Positions 27,797-37,417 are shown, numbered from the stretch's first letter. The stretch is 51,812 nucleotides of DNA from a virus (IMGVR_UViG_3300029171_000011:1-51812), one strand, 5' to 3'. The notes: a model not told the origin generated them from the sequence alone. Program-made: numbers and translations.

Positions 27797-28059
27797 ACAT
27801 TTCAATTGAAGAAATAAAAGAAGCCGCCGAACGCGGACATAGCATTGGATCACTTATCCTGATGCTTGAAAAGAAAAACACTATGTTATTGGAGCGCAGG
27901 CATTGGTTTATTATGAAGGACGGTAGAAATGTTTGCGAATTTTGCGGGCGGTTGTATTCATTCAGAGATTCGTCTAATTGCAACCAGCACCTACTTGCAA
28001 TCAGACGAATTAATCACCCCCTCGGACTCACCGTAAACGTCCCCGATGCTGCATCGTAA
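27793..28059 (+). CDS. Hypothetical protein (CxxC...CxxH zinc motif)
   Basis: 88 aa, ATGA coupled. Confidence 0.55.
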   Translation: MNISIEEIKEAAERGHSIGSLILMLEKKNTMLLERRHWFIMKDGRNVCEFCGRLYSFRDSSNCNQHLLAIRRINHPLGLTVNVPDAAS

Positions 28060-29756
28060 GTCCCGCTTTCGATGCGCATCCAACCGAGGCCTGTTCTAAC
28101 GAGCAGGCTTTCATCGTATGCGGCAAAGTCCTCCGCACACACCCGTAGCGTCACGTTTTCCTGAACCTTTACCCGCGCCTGACTGTCGAACGTCACCGGG
28201 TCGCCGTCCCACGTTCCAGTTAACCGGGGGCGGTTGTACGTGTGGTAAGTGCGCATTAAGTTAGGGATGGACAAATGCCCGTTCAGTAGCAATTCGCCCG
28301 TCAGGGCGGACGTGTACGAAGTGATAAAGTAATCCCCCCCCGATTCGCAGGCATTGACAAACACGAACCCGGCGTCCGCAAACGAGTCTGGGGAGTTAAT
28401 CAGGGAAGCTACATCGTTGTTGGTTTCGTTAGCGGTGTACGTTTTCTTTTGCCGGTCAAGCTTAGAAAAACAATCGTACAGGTACGGCACCCCTTCAAAG
28501 ACCGTGCTTACCTTTTCCATAAACGCCCACTTTTCTTCGCTGATTTGCTTGTCGGACGCATAGGTGTACTTGTTCGTGCCCGTAAGCCGGGAGGGTTGGG
28601 TGCTGGTTAAATCCTCCCCGTTCGCGGCGGCAAAGTACGAGGTGTGTTCTATCCGTATCTCATCACCCGCCGTGTTGATCCTAAACTCAATGTCAAACTG
28701 TGCCTTGAGCGAGCCAAAAAGCGATTCCATGCTCCACTTCCCGTTTGTCGCGTCGTTCGTTGCCCCGGCCCGTTTCACGTCCGACTTTTGGAAAACAATG
28801 AGGGCGGCAAGGTTTGCCTTTGCGGCGGTATACACATCGTTTACGGGGTGGGTGTCGTCGGGGTTAATCGAAAAGAAGTCGGAAACAACGGAAAGCCCGC
28901 AGGGCATATAGGTATCGAATATTTCAGAAAGCAGCACCCCGTTGCTTATTGCAATGCTGTTATAATTGTCCCCGTCAAACTCCGCACCCCCCCGAACTTC
29001 GGCAATTGCGCGGTAAAGGTACGACACGTTAAACGGCTGCTCGATCAAAAGCCCAACCGGAACGGGCCGGGCATAGGTCGAATCGGTGGGGCAGTTATCA
29101 TCCACCAATATCCATTCATCCCCGCACGGCTCCACGGGGACGCCCGCAAGGCAGGTAGAGGTGTAGATTTGCCGGATATACGTGGATCGGACAATATCGA
29201 AGGGCGGGTCAAACGTTACGACCTGCTCGATCAGCGTCCACCCTTCGCCGGGGGTAATGCAGTCGGTAATCGGTACGTCGTAGTCCCCCGTCGGAATACC
29301 AACCGCGCTATATTCGCAGGTGATAAGTTCATATTCGCCTAAGACCGTGTTAACCGTTACTTTTGTCGTATCGGTCAGGATGTTAATCTCCGTGTCCCAC
29401 GCGGCAAGGAAGCAGGCGTAAGGCGTCATATCATCCCCCTGCACCGTTACCCGGCACCTGTCCAAGTCCCACGCGAAATGTGACGTGCCGATGCGCAGCG
29501 ACTTGGAAAAGAACAGCACGGCATTGTGGTAGATGTTCAGCGTAATTTCGTCGCAGTCCGCCGCGTCCTCCAGGGCTTTGAGGTATGCGTAATCCGCCCC
29601 CCGGAACGTCAGCGCGGTCTTTAGGGCGCGGGCGTAATTGCCGAAGTCCTCATCGCGTACCGTTTCGATTTGCAGGGTGGGGGCCGATCCGAAAACCGGG
29701 TCGCAGGAGACGGGGGTAACGCCGTCGTCAAATTCGTATGTGAAGCCTCTAAGCAT
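28014..29756 (-). CDS. Probable virion tail/baseplate hub-like protein
   Basis: 580 aa, acidic, Cys-rich, beta-type; hub-like IRIEHTSYF pattern; function inferred. Confidence 0.7.
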   Translation of the reverse strand: MLRGFTYEFDDGVTPVSCDPVFGSAPTLQIETVRDEDFGNYARALKTALTFRGADYAYLKALEDAADCDEITLNIYHNAVLFFSKSLRIGTSHFAWDLDRCRVTVQGDDMTPYACFLAAWDTEINILTDTTKVTVNTVLGEYELITCEYSAVGIPTGDYDVPITDCITPGEGWTLIEQVVTFDPPFDIVRSTYIRQIYTSTCLAGVPVEPCGDEWILVDDNCPTDSTYARPVPVGLLIEQPFNVSYLYRAIAEVRGGAEFDGDNYNSIAISNGVLLSEIFDTYMPCGLSVVSDFFSINPDDTHPVNDVYTAAKANLAALIVFQKSDVKRAGATNDATNGKWSMESLFGSLKAQFDIEFRINTAGDEIRIEHTSYFAAANGEDLTSTQPSRLTGTNKYTYASDKQISEEKWAFMEKVSTVFEGVPYLYDCFSKLDRQKKTYTANETNNDVASLINSPDSFADAGFVFVNACESGGDYFITSYTSALTGELLLNGHLSIPNLMRTYHTYNRPRLTGTWDGDPVTFDSQARVKVQENVTLRVCAEDFAAYDESLLVRTGLGWMRIESGTYDAASGTFTVSPRG

Positions 29757-29769
29757 GGTATTTCTATTT

Positions 29770-29835
29770 TATGTCGGTAAATTTACGTCATTCGTCTGAA
29801 AATGTTGTATTGTAGTCGGGGGATGGGTAACTTTG
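29770..29835 (+). promoter_or_regulatory. Boxed promoter P8, back-to-back with the 29756 gene
   Basis: TATGTCGG (29770)/TTCGTCTG (29791), TAACTTTG 29828; GGGTAACTTTGAAAGAAAAA shared with P7. Confidence 0.7.
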
Positions 29836-29850
29836 AAAGAAAAAAGGACG

Positions 29851-30129
29851 ATGGAAACCTTCCAAGATTTTGTAATCCGGTTTTTAAAAATCGAAAAGGT
29901 AGCATCCCTGTGGTGGATGTCTGACTTTTACGAAGAGGCTTGCAAAAGCCTATCGTTGGACTTCAATAACATACAATACAACACCAATATATTGCGCCGA
30001 AAAATGCGCCTTTTGGTTAAATCAGGAGTTATAGAATGTCGTAGAACCGGCACCGGCATGACGGGTAGAGCCGACACGGGCTGCACAAATATGAACACAT
30101 ATACCCTGCCCGGATTTTGGGATAACTAA
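29851..30129 (+). CDS. Hypothetical protein (possible wHTH)
   Basis: 92 aa; LRRKMRLLVKSGVIECRR...YTL. Confidence 0.55.
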   Translation: METFQDFVIRFLKIEKVASLWWMSDFYEEACKSLSLDFNNIQYNTNILRRKMRLLVKSGVIECRRTGTGMTGRADTGCTNMNTYTLPGFWDN

Positions 30130-30175
30130 GCAATCAACCCGCCCCTCCCACCGGGGCATAAAACAAAGCGCGATC

Positions 30176-30607
30176 ATGCAAGAAAGATTTAAAGCAAAGG
30201 CGAAAGGCAACTCTGGGACATGGGGCGTATACGATACCCTCCGAGCTTGTTTTGTTTTGCAAAGCGTTTCCCCTAATGCAAAGTACAACAAAGAGGTTGC
30301 CGACAAGGCCGCCTATCTTTTCAATGTTTCCGGCCTTCCGTTTGATGAGCCGGGTAAAAAACAACCAACCATGCCGCTACAAATCAAAGTAGGTCACCGC
30401 TACCGCACCCGCTCCGGGGACGTGGTGGAGATAACGGAACGCAACTATTCTGAAACCTACCCGTTTCTTGGCACGTTTATTACAGGCCGCGTGGGCTACG
30501 TATCTTCATTCACACCCAGCGGTGAATGGATTACCGGGGACGCAACAGAGGACGACCTTGTATTCGAAGAACTCCCCGGCGACGGGGATTTGTTAACCAA
30601 GAAATAA
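30176..30607 (+). CDS. Hypothetical protein (possibly two fused small domains)
   Basis: 143 aa; second half IKVGHRYRTRSGDVVEI is a typical small phage domain with an internal ATG at 30371. Confidence 0.6.
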   Translation: MQERFKAKAKGNSGTWGVYDTLRACFVLQSVSPNAKYNKEVADKAAYLFNVSGLPFDEPGKKQPTMPLQIKVGHRYRTRSGDVVEITERNYSETYPFLGTFITGRVGYVSSFTPSGEWITGDATEDDLVFEELPGDGDLLTKK

Positions 30608-30615
30608 CGGGAAGG

Positions 30616-30843
30616 ATGGCAGCGCACATTAAAATAAAAACGCCGGAAGATTTTGCAGTACACATAGATGCGCCGTTCGGTGTTGACTATACCCTATGTG
30701 GACTTGAAACATCCGGGGACAGCGGGCTTGGCATACTTGCCGGGGTTCCAACGCGGGAAAGGGTAAACTGTGTAACTTGTATCAGAATCGTACTTTTTTG
30801 TAAAAAAGTAAAGGCCGCTGAACTTGCTACCGATAACCATTAA
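30616..30843 (+). CDS. Hypothetical zinc-binding protein
   Basis: 75 aa; H...TLCG...VNCVTC. Confidence 0.6.
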   Translation: MAAHIKIKTPEDFAVHIDAPFGVDYTLCGLETSGDSGLGILAGVPTRERVNCVTCIRIVLFCKKVKAAELATDNH

Positions 30844-31711
30844 TCTCCACCCCGCGCTCCTTTGCCCACAGTTCCGCAAAGTCCGCGCTGATCCAGTTTA
30901 AATTGTGGGTGCAGTTGTACCCGCCTAAAACTACCTTCACGTCGCCGGGTCGCTTGCCCTGCCAGTCTAAGTTATTCCACGAATCAATCACAGCACGGGT
31001 ATAGATTTGATTCAAACGATCCATGCAAAACTCCCGGCTATCGTCAACCCGTACCCCGGCGTAAATCGCGTGGGTGTCCGTGCCTAATTCCGTTGCGTAC
31101 TCAAAAGAAAGCGTCCGATCAAATTCCATGTACAGGTCATGGGAGAAGCGGGCGAAGTGGCGCTTGGAAAGACCCCCGTTTGCATTCGTAAAGAAGGCGG
31201 CAAAGTCACGCTGAAACTTAGCGAGCGGCACCCGCCCCGCTACGGCTTTCCGCATCTGATCAACGATCTGCCGGGCAGCGGGGTTGGAGCGCAGGATGTC
31301 GGCAATGTACCCATCCGGGGTTTGCTTGCCGTCCTGAAAGCCGTACAGGTCAAACACCTTTGCGGCAATATCTTTTTCCACTTTGGCCGGGTCGGTAAAG
31401 ATTGCCTGGTATTTCGTGCCAAGCCCGAACAGGCGCAGGAAGCGGTTGTAAATCTTGGACAGGATGCTTTTGTTTACCTTCGCCGTTTCCGCTTTCAGGA
31501 TCAGGGACGCGGTTGCAATCTTGGCGATATTGCGCACGGTAAAGACGATCTTCCCGTTCTTGTCCGTGTCAAGGCCCGCAATGAGCCGGGCGGCAATAAG
31601 GAACAGCGCCCCGTCCAGCGCATCGAAAAGGAGTTCAAGGGCATCGCCTGCCGTCTCGCGTTCCTGTTCGCGGGCGTCGGTTAAAAGGTCGTATTTTTGT
31701 ATTTCGTCCAT
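30827..31711 (-). CDS. Minor head/head morphogenesis protein (MuF/SPP1 gp7-like)
   Basis: YAGVRVDDSREFC...GGYNCTHNL C-terminal motif; near portal on the same strand. Confidence 0.75.
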   Translation of the reverse strand: MDEIQKYDLLTDAREQERETAGDALELLFDALDGALFLIAARLIAGLDTDKNGKIVFTVRNIAKIATASLILKAETAKVNKSILSKIYNRFLRLFGLGTKYQAIFTDPAKVEKDIAAKVFDLYGFQDGKQTPDGYIADILRSNPAARQIVDQMRKAVAGRVPLAKFQRDFAAFFTNANGGLSKRHFARFSHDLYMEFDRTLSFEYATELGTDTHAIYAGVRVDDSREFCMDRLNQIYTRAVIDSWNNLDWQGKRPGDVKVVLGGYNCTHNLNWISADFAELWAKERGVEINGYR

Positions 31712-31769
31712 AAATTTGTGCGGTTGGTCGGTAAAGTTAGGGCAACTGTATGCAATTTACGTAACTTTA
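31703..31769 (+). promoter_or_regulatory. Boxed promoter P9, overlapping the start of the MuF-like gene
   Basis: TTCGTCCA (31703)/TTGGTCGG (31724), TAACTTTA 31762. Confidence 0.7.
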
Positions 31770-31779
31770 AAAGAAAAAC

Positions 31780-32469
31780 ATGAACGTACTGATCGCCTGC
31801 GAAGAAAGCCAAGCCGTGTGCAAAGCGTTTCGGGCTAAAGGACACGTAGCTTATTCCTGCGACACGCAGGAGTGCAGCGGCGGGCGTCCTGAATGGCATA
31901 TTGTTGCCGATGTGTTGACGGTGATTAATGGCGGGGCGTTCGTAACGCAGTCGGGTGACGTGGTAACTATTGAGAAGTGGGATATGGTGATTGCATTCCC
32001 GCCCTGCACCCATTTATCCGGATCAGGCGCTCCAAGCTGGAATGCAAAACAAGCAGACGGCAGGCAGCAGGCGGCGTTTGAATTTGTTGTGAATATCTGG
32101 AATGCAGATTGCCCACTAATTGCAATCGAGAACCCGACCGGGTGGCTTAACACTAATTGGCGCAAGCCCGACCAAATATTTTACCCGTTCCATTTTGGTG
32201 ATCCCTACATGAAAAGAACTTGCCTTTGGCTAAAGGGGCTGCCAAAGTTGGCCCATACCAATGTAGTTGCGCCGGAATATCACTATACATCTAATTCAAC
32301 GCAAGGCGGAAAACTCAAAGACGGGACACGCAGGAAAAGCAAGTTGCCGATCCGGAAGGCGTGGGACAGTTCAACAGAAAGATCGAAAACATTCCCCGGA
32401 ATTGCGCAAGCCTTTGCAGACCAATGGGGCAGCGGTGTGCTTGCACCCGTACAATTAGATTTGTTCTGA
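31780..32469 (+). CDS. Short phage DNA cytosine-5 methyltransferase-like protein
   Basis: FPPCT catalytic motif IV, ENP motif VI, KRTCLW, RSKTFPGIAQAFADQW. Confidence 0.8.
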   Translation: MNVLIACEESQAVCKAFRAKGHVAYSCDTQECSGGRPEWHIVADVLTVINGGAFVTQSGDVVTIEKWDMVIAFPPCTHLSGSGAPSWNAKQADGRQQAAFEFVVNIWNADCPLIAIENPTGWLNTNWRKPDQIFYPFHFGDPYMKRTCLWLKGLPKLAHTNVVAPEYHYTSNSTQGGKLKDGTRRKSKLPIRKAWDSSTERSKTFPGIAQAFADQWGSGVLAPVQLDLF

Positions 32470-34218
32470 TGTTCCCGCGTCCAAATACTTGGCGCGGGCT
32501 TGCTGTTTCTCAATCCACGCCGTTACGATCACCTGCTGCGCCGCATAATCCTTTTTGTGGAACATCCCGCCCTCGCTCACCATTGTTTCCCGTTGGAACA
32601 GATCGAAGCCTTCCCAAAGCACCCGCTCCGGGTCGGTCACGTCCCTGGCTGACAGGATGAACGCCGTATCTTCTGCCGACTTGCCGGCAAAGGGTTTCCA
32701 TGCTTCCAGTGCCTTCGCCTCATCGTACATGGCCGGGTTGTTTTCGTACATGCGCCGCAATATCTGATCGCGCACATGGTCACGGATCGAGGCGTCCAGC
32801 CCGGCGTCTGCCGTGGCTTTATAGTTCGCTACAAGCTCCGTAAACGATTGGAACTTCAAGTCAGCGGGATACTTGTACTCAACATCCACCTCAACGTCCC
32901 AATGCCCGGCGCTTGCCGTCCAGATCATTTCCGCTACGTCTTCTACCCGGCTGGTAAAAGGGGTGACCTTGTTGTATTGCGCCTCGTAATTCAGGACAAA
33001 TTCAAGCGCCGTTTTTTCGGTCGCCACCTTGCGCGGGGTGGTGTCCTGGTTGAAGATCGTCAGGTAGATTGCAAAGCTGATTAGTTGCTCCCGGTTGTCG
33101 AAGCGTTCAAGGAGGTCGAGCGGGCGATCAACGTAATGCACAAATTTTGCCAGATCGAGCATTTGATCAATCGTTTCCGGCATAGGAAGACGCTTCGTTA
33201 CCTGCTCACTATTTGCGACAATATACCCAACCCCGTGACAAGCGTTACAGCAACTATCCGCATTCCTTACCCCGCCATAATATCCACTTTCGCAGTGCAT
33301 CCCTTGTTCATTTACGTGGGTGCAGCGCTTTGTATATTCAAACCTTTCGGCAAAGGCGTGGATAATTTCGGTCACATCGGCCAAGTTCCCCGTCTTGATC
33401 AGTTCCCGGAGTTGCGGGTTCGCTTCGTTGTACAACGTGACATAATAATCCATCGTTTCCGCCATGTACGCCCCCAGGCACGCGCCGGGTAGCGTCTTGG
33501 TGGTGTTCGGGTATTCAAGGACGTAGTACGTTACCGGCTTTTTGTCCTGCATCCAATCCACCTGCGCATAACCCGGAGGTGGTTGCATATCCTTGTGCGC
33601 CTCGACCGCGTGGGTGGTCATCCCGGCGGTGTAATACCTCCACTCCGCATAAGTAGCCCCGCCCTTCGCTTCCTTGACCTGCTTGATCGTCACGGCAACA
33701 GGGATGCCAGATTTATTGATCTGAACGTCCCAAACCTCCTCGCAGGAAAACACAACGGGGTAAACGTACCGCGCCGCCACCGTCCCGCCTTGCCCGAAAA
33801 CGGGATCGGATTCAATGATGATCCAGGAGTTCGGGTCGAAAATACTTGCATGGAGACACTGGTTAAAAGTGTATTCAAGTACGGGCTTGCGGGCGTAAAA
33901 CACCGACATATCCGCCCGGATTTTGTCGCCCTTCGTCTTATCCTTAAATTCGATTAGCGCCATTGGAGCCACGCGGGACAGGGAACGGTACACGGCATAA
34001 GCCGGGGCCAGGGCCGCGCCTGTGACGGGATTTGATACGCGGATGCGCTGATCCTCCAACTCCGCGTCCTCGGTGCGGCGGTACTTGGTGATTTGTTGCC
34101 GCTGCTGTTCGCTTTCCTCCGCGTTGAACATTTCCGCCGTTTCCCGGATTTGTACGGCGCGGGCGTAATGCTTCCACGGTGTTCCCCGCTCAACTACCCT
34201 TTGCAATTCCTGTATCAT
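32455..34218 (-). CDS. Portal protein
   Basis: About 587-aa helical protein with inserted CxxCxGxG Zn finger (CNACHGVG), adjacent to MuF-like gene; TAATTTTG promoter at 34242-34235. Confidence 0.75.
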   Translation of the reverse strand: MIQELQRVVERGTPWKHYARAVQIRETAEMFNAEESEQQRQQITKYRRTEDAELEDQRIRVSNPVTGAALAPAYAVYRSLSRVAPMALIEFKDKTKGDKIRADMSVFYARKPVLEYTFNQCLHASIFDPNSWIIIESDPVFGQGGTVAARYVYPVVFSCEEVWDVQINKSGIPVAVTIKQVKEAKGGATYAEWRYYTAGMTTHAVEAHKDMQPPPGYAQVDWMQDKKPVTYYVLEYPNTTKTLPGACLGAYMAETMDYYVTLYNEANPQLRELIKTGNLADVTEIIHAFAERFEYTKRCTHVNEQGMHCESGYYGGVRNADSCCNACHGVGYIVANSEQVTKRLPMPETIDQMLDLAKFVHYVDRPLDLLERFDNREQLISFAIYLTIFNQDTTPRKVATEKTALEFVLNYEAQYNKVTPFTSRVEDVAEMIWTASAGHWDVEVDVEYKYPADLKFQSFTELVANYKATADAGLDASIRDHVRDQILRRMYENNPAMYDEAKALEAWKPFAGKSAEDTAFILSARDVTDPERVLWEGFDLFQRETMVSEGGMFHKKDYAAQQVIVTAWIEKQQARAKYLDAGTSEQI

Positions 34219-34266
34219 TTGCAAGTATTTTCGACAAAATTAAGCGTTTTATCTTATTTTTGTTGC

Positions 34267-34725
34267 ATGGACGCGAAAGACTTCTCCGCTACATACCGCG
34301 CGCGCATGGTCGCCATGCAGCAAAACAGGCCAAAAGAGGTCTTGATAATTGCGTCCGAACTCAAAGCGCAGGTGCAGTTCCGCATCCAAAGCACGGGTAC
34401 AGACTTCACCGGCGCGGCGTTCGTGGGCTATTCCCCGGCGTATGCCAAAACCCGAAAAGCACGGGGGCGGCAAACGGCGAACGTGGACTTTACGGCTTCG
34501 GGGCAGCTTTGGAATAACATCCGCCCCGTTGTGATCGAGAACACGGAAACGAGTACAACGGTAGAGATCGGGGCGCAGGATGCGGGGAACCGGGCGAAGT
34601 TGTTTAGTGCGCTCACGAAGCCCGCCGGAAGCCCACGCGGAAAGATTGTGCAGCCGTCCGCTAAGGAGATCGCGCTTGCACAACAAGCGAATCAAAGGAG
34701 GATAGCTAAATATTTGCAACCATGA
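34267..34725 (+). CDS. Virion morphogenesis/tail completion protein (Mu gpG-like)
   Basis: FVGYSPAYAKTRKARGRQTANVDFTASGQLWNNI pattern. Confidence 0.7.
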   Translation: MDAKDFSATYRARMVAMQQNRPKEVLIIASELKAQVQFRIQSTGTDFTGAAFVGYSPAYAKTRKARGRQTANVDFTASGQLWNNIRPVVIENTETSTTVEIGAQDAGNRAKLFSALTKPAGSPRGKIVQPSAKEIALAQQANQRRIAKYLQP

Positions 34726-34994
34726 AAGATACTGACTTTGAAAAAGATAGCCACGCCCACTCGTTTTGGGAGGAGTGGCAGGACGCCGCCGCCCGGGCGG
34801 GGGAGCCGGATTCTTGGTTAAACTACATCGGGCAAGGAACGCCCGCATTGTTGTTTCCGATTCCTTCCGAAGCAACGGCGATATGCTTTACTCATAACGG
34901 CTACTTTTCGACAGACAAGGAAACGGGTGAAAGCGCTTTTAATGTAAGCGGGGAAATCCCATTTGATGAAAACGCAGTAATCAACTTAACTTAA
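34722..34994 (+). CDS. Hypothetical protein
   Basis: 90 aa, ATGA coupled. Confidence 0.55.
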   Translation: MKDTDFEKDSHAHSFWEEWQDAAARAGEPDSWLNYIGQGTPALLFPIPSEATAICFTHNGYFSTDKETGESAFNVSGEIPFDENAVINLT

Positions 34995-35001
34995 ATCAGA
35001 T

Positions 35002-35166
35002 ATGAAAAAAGCATTCGGTTGGATTTTCCGCATTCTTGCCCTCGCTGCCTTCGCGGTTGCGGTAATGACGGTGTTCCTTGTTTTCGGCCCGGAGATCGGG
35101 CTTATTATCGCCTCGCTCCTTGTCGGGTTCCTGCTCTGGAGCTTGGCGGGTAAAATGATCGGGTGA
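35002..35166 (+). CDS. Small two-TM membrane protein (not in ORF track)
   Basis: MKKAFGWIFRILALAAFAVAVMTVFLVFGPEIGLIIASLLVGFLLWSLAGKMIG. Confidence 0.6.
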   Translation: MKKAFGWIFRILALAAFAVAVMTVFLVFGPEIGLIIASLLVGFLLWSLAGKMIG

Positions 35167-35360
35167 TGGAAGTTGTAAAACAAAAAACAAGGGTGTCGGG
35201 AACGGTAACCTTTGAGAACGAGGGAGAGGTAAGATTCGACATTGAAAACGGGGAGCTAATCTCCCTTGATATTTTCGCACCAAAAGGCGAAGATTTTAAA
35301 GCACTGGATCAGTCCGATCTTGTGAAAAACCTACGTAAAGGAATACCGCCGCATGGATAA
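35163..35360 (+). CDS. Hypothetical protein
   Basis: 65 aa, coupled to neighbours. Confidence 0.5.
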   Translation: MMEVVKQKTRVSGTVTFENEGEVRFDIENGELISLDIFAPKGEDFKALDQSDLVKNLRKGIPPHG

Positions 35361-35994
35361 CCTACTCGTTTCCGCATTCGCCCCCGCCGTCACCGGCCTC
35401 GGCTTCGTTGCCCGCTACGGTGGTTTAGTTCGCCCGCTTCGATACGAAGAACGGGACGGGGACGGGAATGTTTACCCCATCGCCTACCCCGTTAGCTGCC
35501 TGATCGAGAGCAGTTGCACCGATCCGTCCGTATACAAAGCCCTGACTCCGGATAGCGCGTTTGCGTCCGTGTCGTACTTTGAGCGCAGGGGTGCGGGTAC
35601 GGTCACGTTTGGAACGCCCTCGCAGCAAGAGCTTACCTTCCGTTTGCCCCTGCGATTCGTGGCCTGGTTGAACTTCCAAAAGTTGGGGGTGGAGGGTTGC
35701 CCTTCGACCCTTCCCTATATGATGGCGTTCATTCAATCCCTGCGCTCGCAAAACCTCACGGCAACCGATACCAGCCTAAGCCAAGCGGCGCGGGTACAGA
35801 TACGGGGCTTTGAGATACCAGAGCAGCGGGCGGACGTTATCTTTGCCCCGTACAGTTACGCGGCGAAGGAGTGGGCGTTTATGCCGCCGTATGGTTTTTT
35901 CGCCGTTGACCTGGTTGCGGAATTAATGGTTAACATCGGGTGCTTTGTCGCACCGGATATTCAGACCGAAATAGACTGTATAACGACATGGTAG
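35353..35994 (+). CDS. Probable tail terminator/neck protein
   Basis: 213 aa; position in tail module; function inferred. Confidence 0.55.
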   Translation: MDNLLVSAFAPAVTGLGFVARYGGLVRPLRYEERDGDGNVYPIAYPVSCLIESSCTDPSVYKALTPDSAFASVSYFERRGAGTVTFGTPSQQELTFRLPLRFVAWLNFQKLGVEGCPSTLPYMMAFIQSLRSQNLTATDTSLSQAARVQIRGFEIPEQRADVIFAPYSYAAKEWAFMPPYGFFAVDLVAELMVNIGCFVAPDIQTEIDCITTW

Positions 35995-36314
35995 AACAAA
36001 CCCTATACATCCCCCTCGTCTTCGCCCTGTGCGCCGTCGCTTGGCAGCGGATCACGGAGCCGGGGGAGATATTCGGCTGGCTGCCCCCGCTGCTGTTTAA
36101 GCGGCAATTCCTTTCTGGGCAGATCACCGTCTTCCAGAACGCAGTTACTAAGGTGACGTGGCGGTGTTCGATCTGCATCGCTGGGCAGTGGTGCATGTGG
36201 TTTACGGTAGTTGACATGATCTTGAACGGCTTTGAATGGTACAAGCTCCCCGCCCCGCTGCTTGCCTGCGCGGGGGCGATCATCATTGAACGGTATTTAA
36301 AACAGATAGAATGA
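35988..36314 (+). CDS. Membrane protein with CxxC (DUF1360-like)
   Basis: TM helices; PGEIFGWL and CSICIAGQW motifs. Confidence 0.55.
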   Translation: MVEQTLYIPLVFALCAVAWQRITEPGEIFGWLPPLLFKRQFLSGQITVFQNAVTKVTWRCSICIAGQWCMWFTVVDMILNGFEWYKLPAPLLACAGAIIIERYLKQIE

Positions 36315-36583
36315 AAAAAACAGAGTTCAAAGGGCGGATTGATGTTCCTATGCCCGCCGGGTACGTGTACAAAGTAATTGATCCTGACAACGTTTTAAGC
36401 CCGGCGGGTGAAAAGATGCTTAAAACAAGGGAGGCACATTTATCTATAATGGTTCCCCCTTCGTTGCAGCTTGACCTTTGGGATTTTCTTAGCGGCGTTC
36501 ATCTCGAATCCGTAACCCTGAAAAATGATCAGGGGCAAGTTATTGAGCTTAGGAAAATCAACCCGGCAGATGAAAAAAACTAA
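36311..36583 (+). CDS. Hypothetical protein
   Basis: 90 aa, ATGA coupled. Confidence 0.55.
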   Translation: MKKTEFKGRIDVPMPAGYVYKVIDPDNVLSPAGEKMLKTREAHLSIMVPPSLQLDLWDFLSGVHLESVTLKNDQGQVIELRKINPADEKN

Positions 36584-37199
36584 ACAACCCCTCCCCGGCG
36601 TACTCGAACAGTACACGCCGGAACAGGTAGACGACGCAATGCGGGCGTACTACATGGTAAGCAGGGAAAGCCCGGTGCAGCGTATTTGGATAGACGCCCT
36701 GAACCGGCACGTCCCGGACTTTACCGGGGCAAGCGGGCGCAAGTACTACATTTATACCCCGGAGATGGGACTGCCCGCCGGGCGGGCGCACGGGCTTAGG
36801 AAGGCAATGGACGCCGTGATTGCAAACGCATCCTTGCAGGACAACATCGAAGTATTGAACGCAATCCGAAAGGCGTACAACGACATGCTGAAAAGCAACG
36901 ACGCCGTGTTTTTGGGGTATACGATTCAGGCGGCGCTCAATGCCCTTGCAAGCAGCTATACAAGCGAAAACCACGTTGCTGTAACTGCCTGCACGTATTT
37001 CATTATAGCCGAAGGTGAAGACCTTTCGACATGGGATGAACGGACGGCACGGGAAAAGGTGGAGGACTGGAAAAGAATCAATGAATTGGATTTTTTTTTG
37101 TGCTGCTTAGGGTATCGGGCGGGGTGGAGCAGCACATTGGCCGAATCCTTGCAGCGATCCCTCCCGACCCGAAAACAGCCCCAAAGCGCACCCGAATAG
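36570..37199 (+). CDS. Tail assembly chaperone (G-like)
   Basis: Upstream of tape measure; contains T9 slippery run at 37091-37099. Confidence 0.7.
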   Translation: MKKTKQPLPGVLEQYTPEQVDDAMRAYYMVSRESPVQRIWIDALNRHVPDFTGASGRKYYIYTPEMGLPAGRAHGLRKAMDAVIANASLQDNIEVLNAIRKAYNDMLKSNDAVFLGYTIQAALNALASSYTSENHVAVTACTYFIIAEGEDLSTWDERTAREKVEDWKRINELDFFLCCLGYRAGWSSTLAESLQRSLPTRKQPQSAPE

Positions 37200-37417
37200 G
37201 CCCGTATGTTTTAACGGGGAAGGTGGCGACGCTTGCAGCAGAAGAAATGCAGACCACGTTTGAAACGGTCTGCCTGTCCATTTCGCACTACATGGGCTTC
37301 CGGGAAAGCGAACTTTTGGCGATGGATTATCAGGCGTTTTACCGGAATTACGTCCGTGCATACTCGAAGCAAAAAGCGGAGGAGCGGGAGATAGAAAAGC
37401 TACGAAACAAAAAGTAA
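37091..37417 (+). CDS. -1 frameshift extension of tail chaperone (GT-like)
   Basis: GAT TTT TTT TTG slippery site; the -1 frame stays open to 37417 and ends 5 nt before the TMP start. Confidence 0.7.
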   Translation, partial: FFFVLLRVSGGVEQHIGRILAAIPPDPKTAPKRTRIGPYVLTGKVATLAAEEMQTTFETVCLSISHYMGFRESELLAMDYQAFYRNYVRAYSKQKAEEREIEKLRNKK

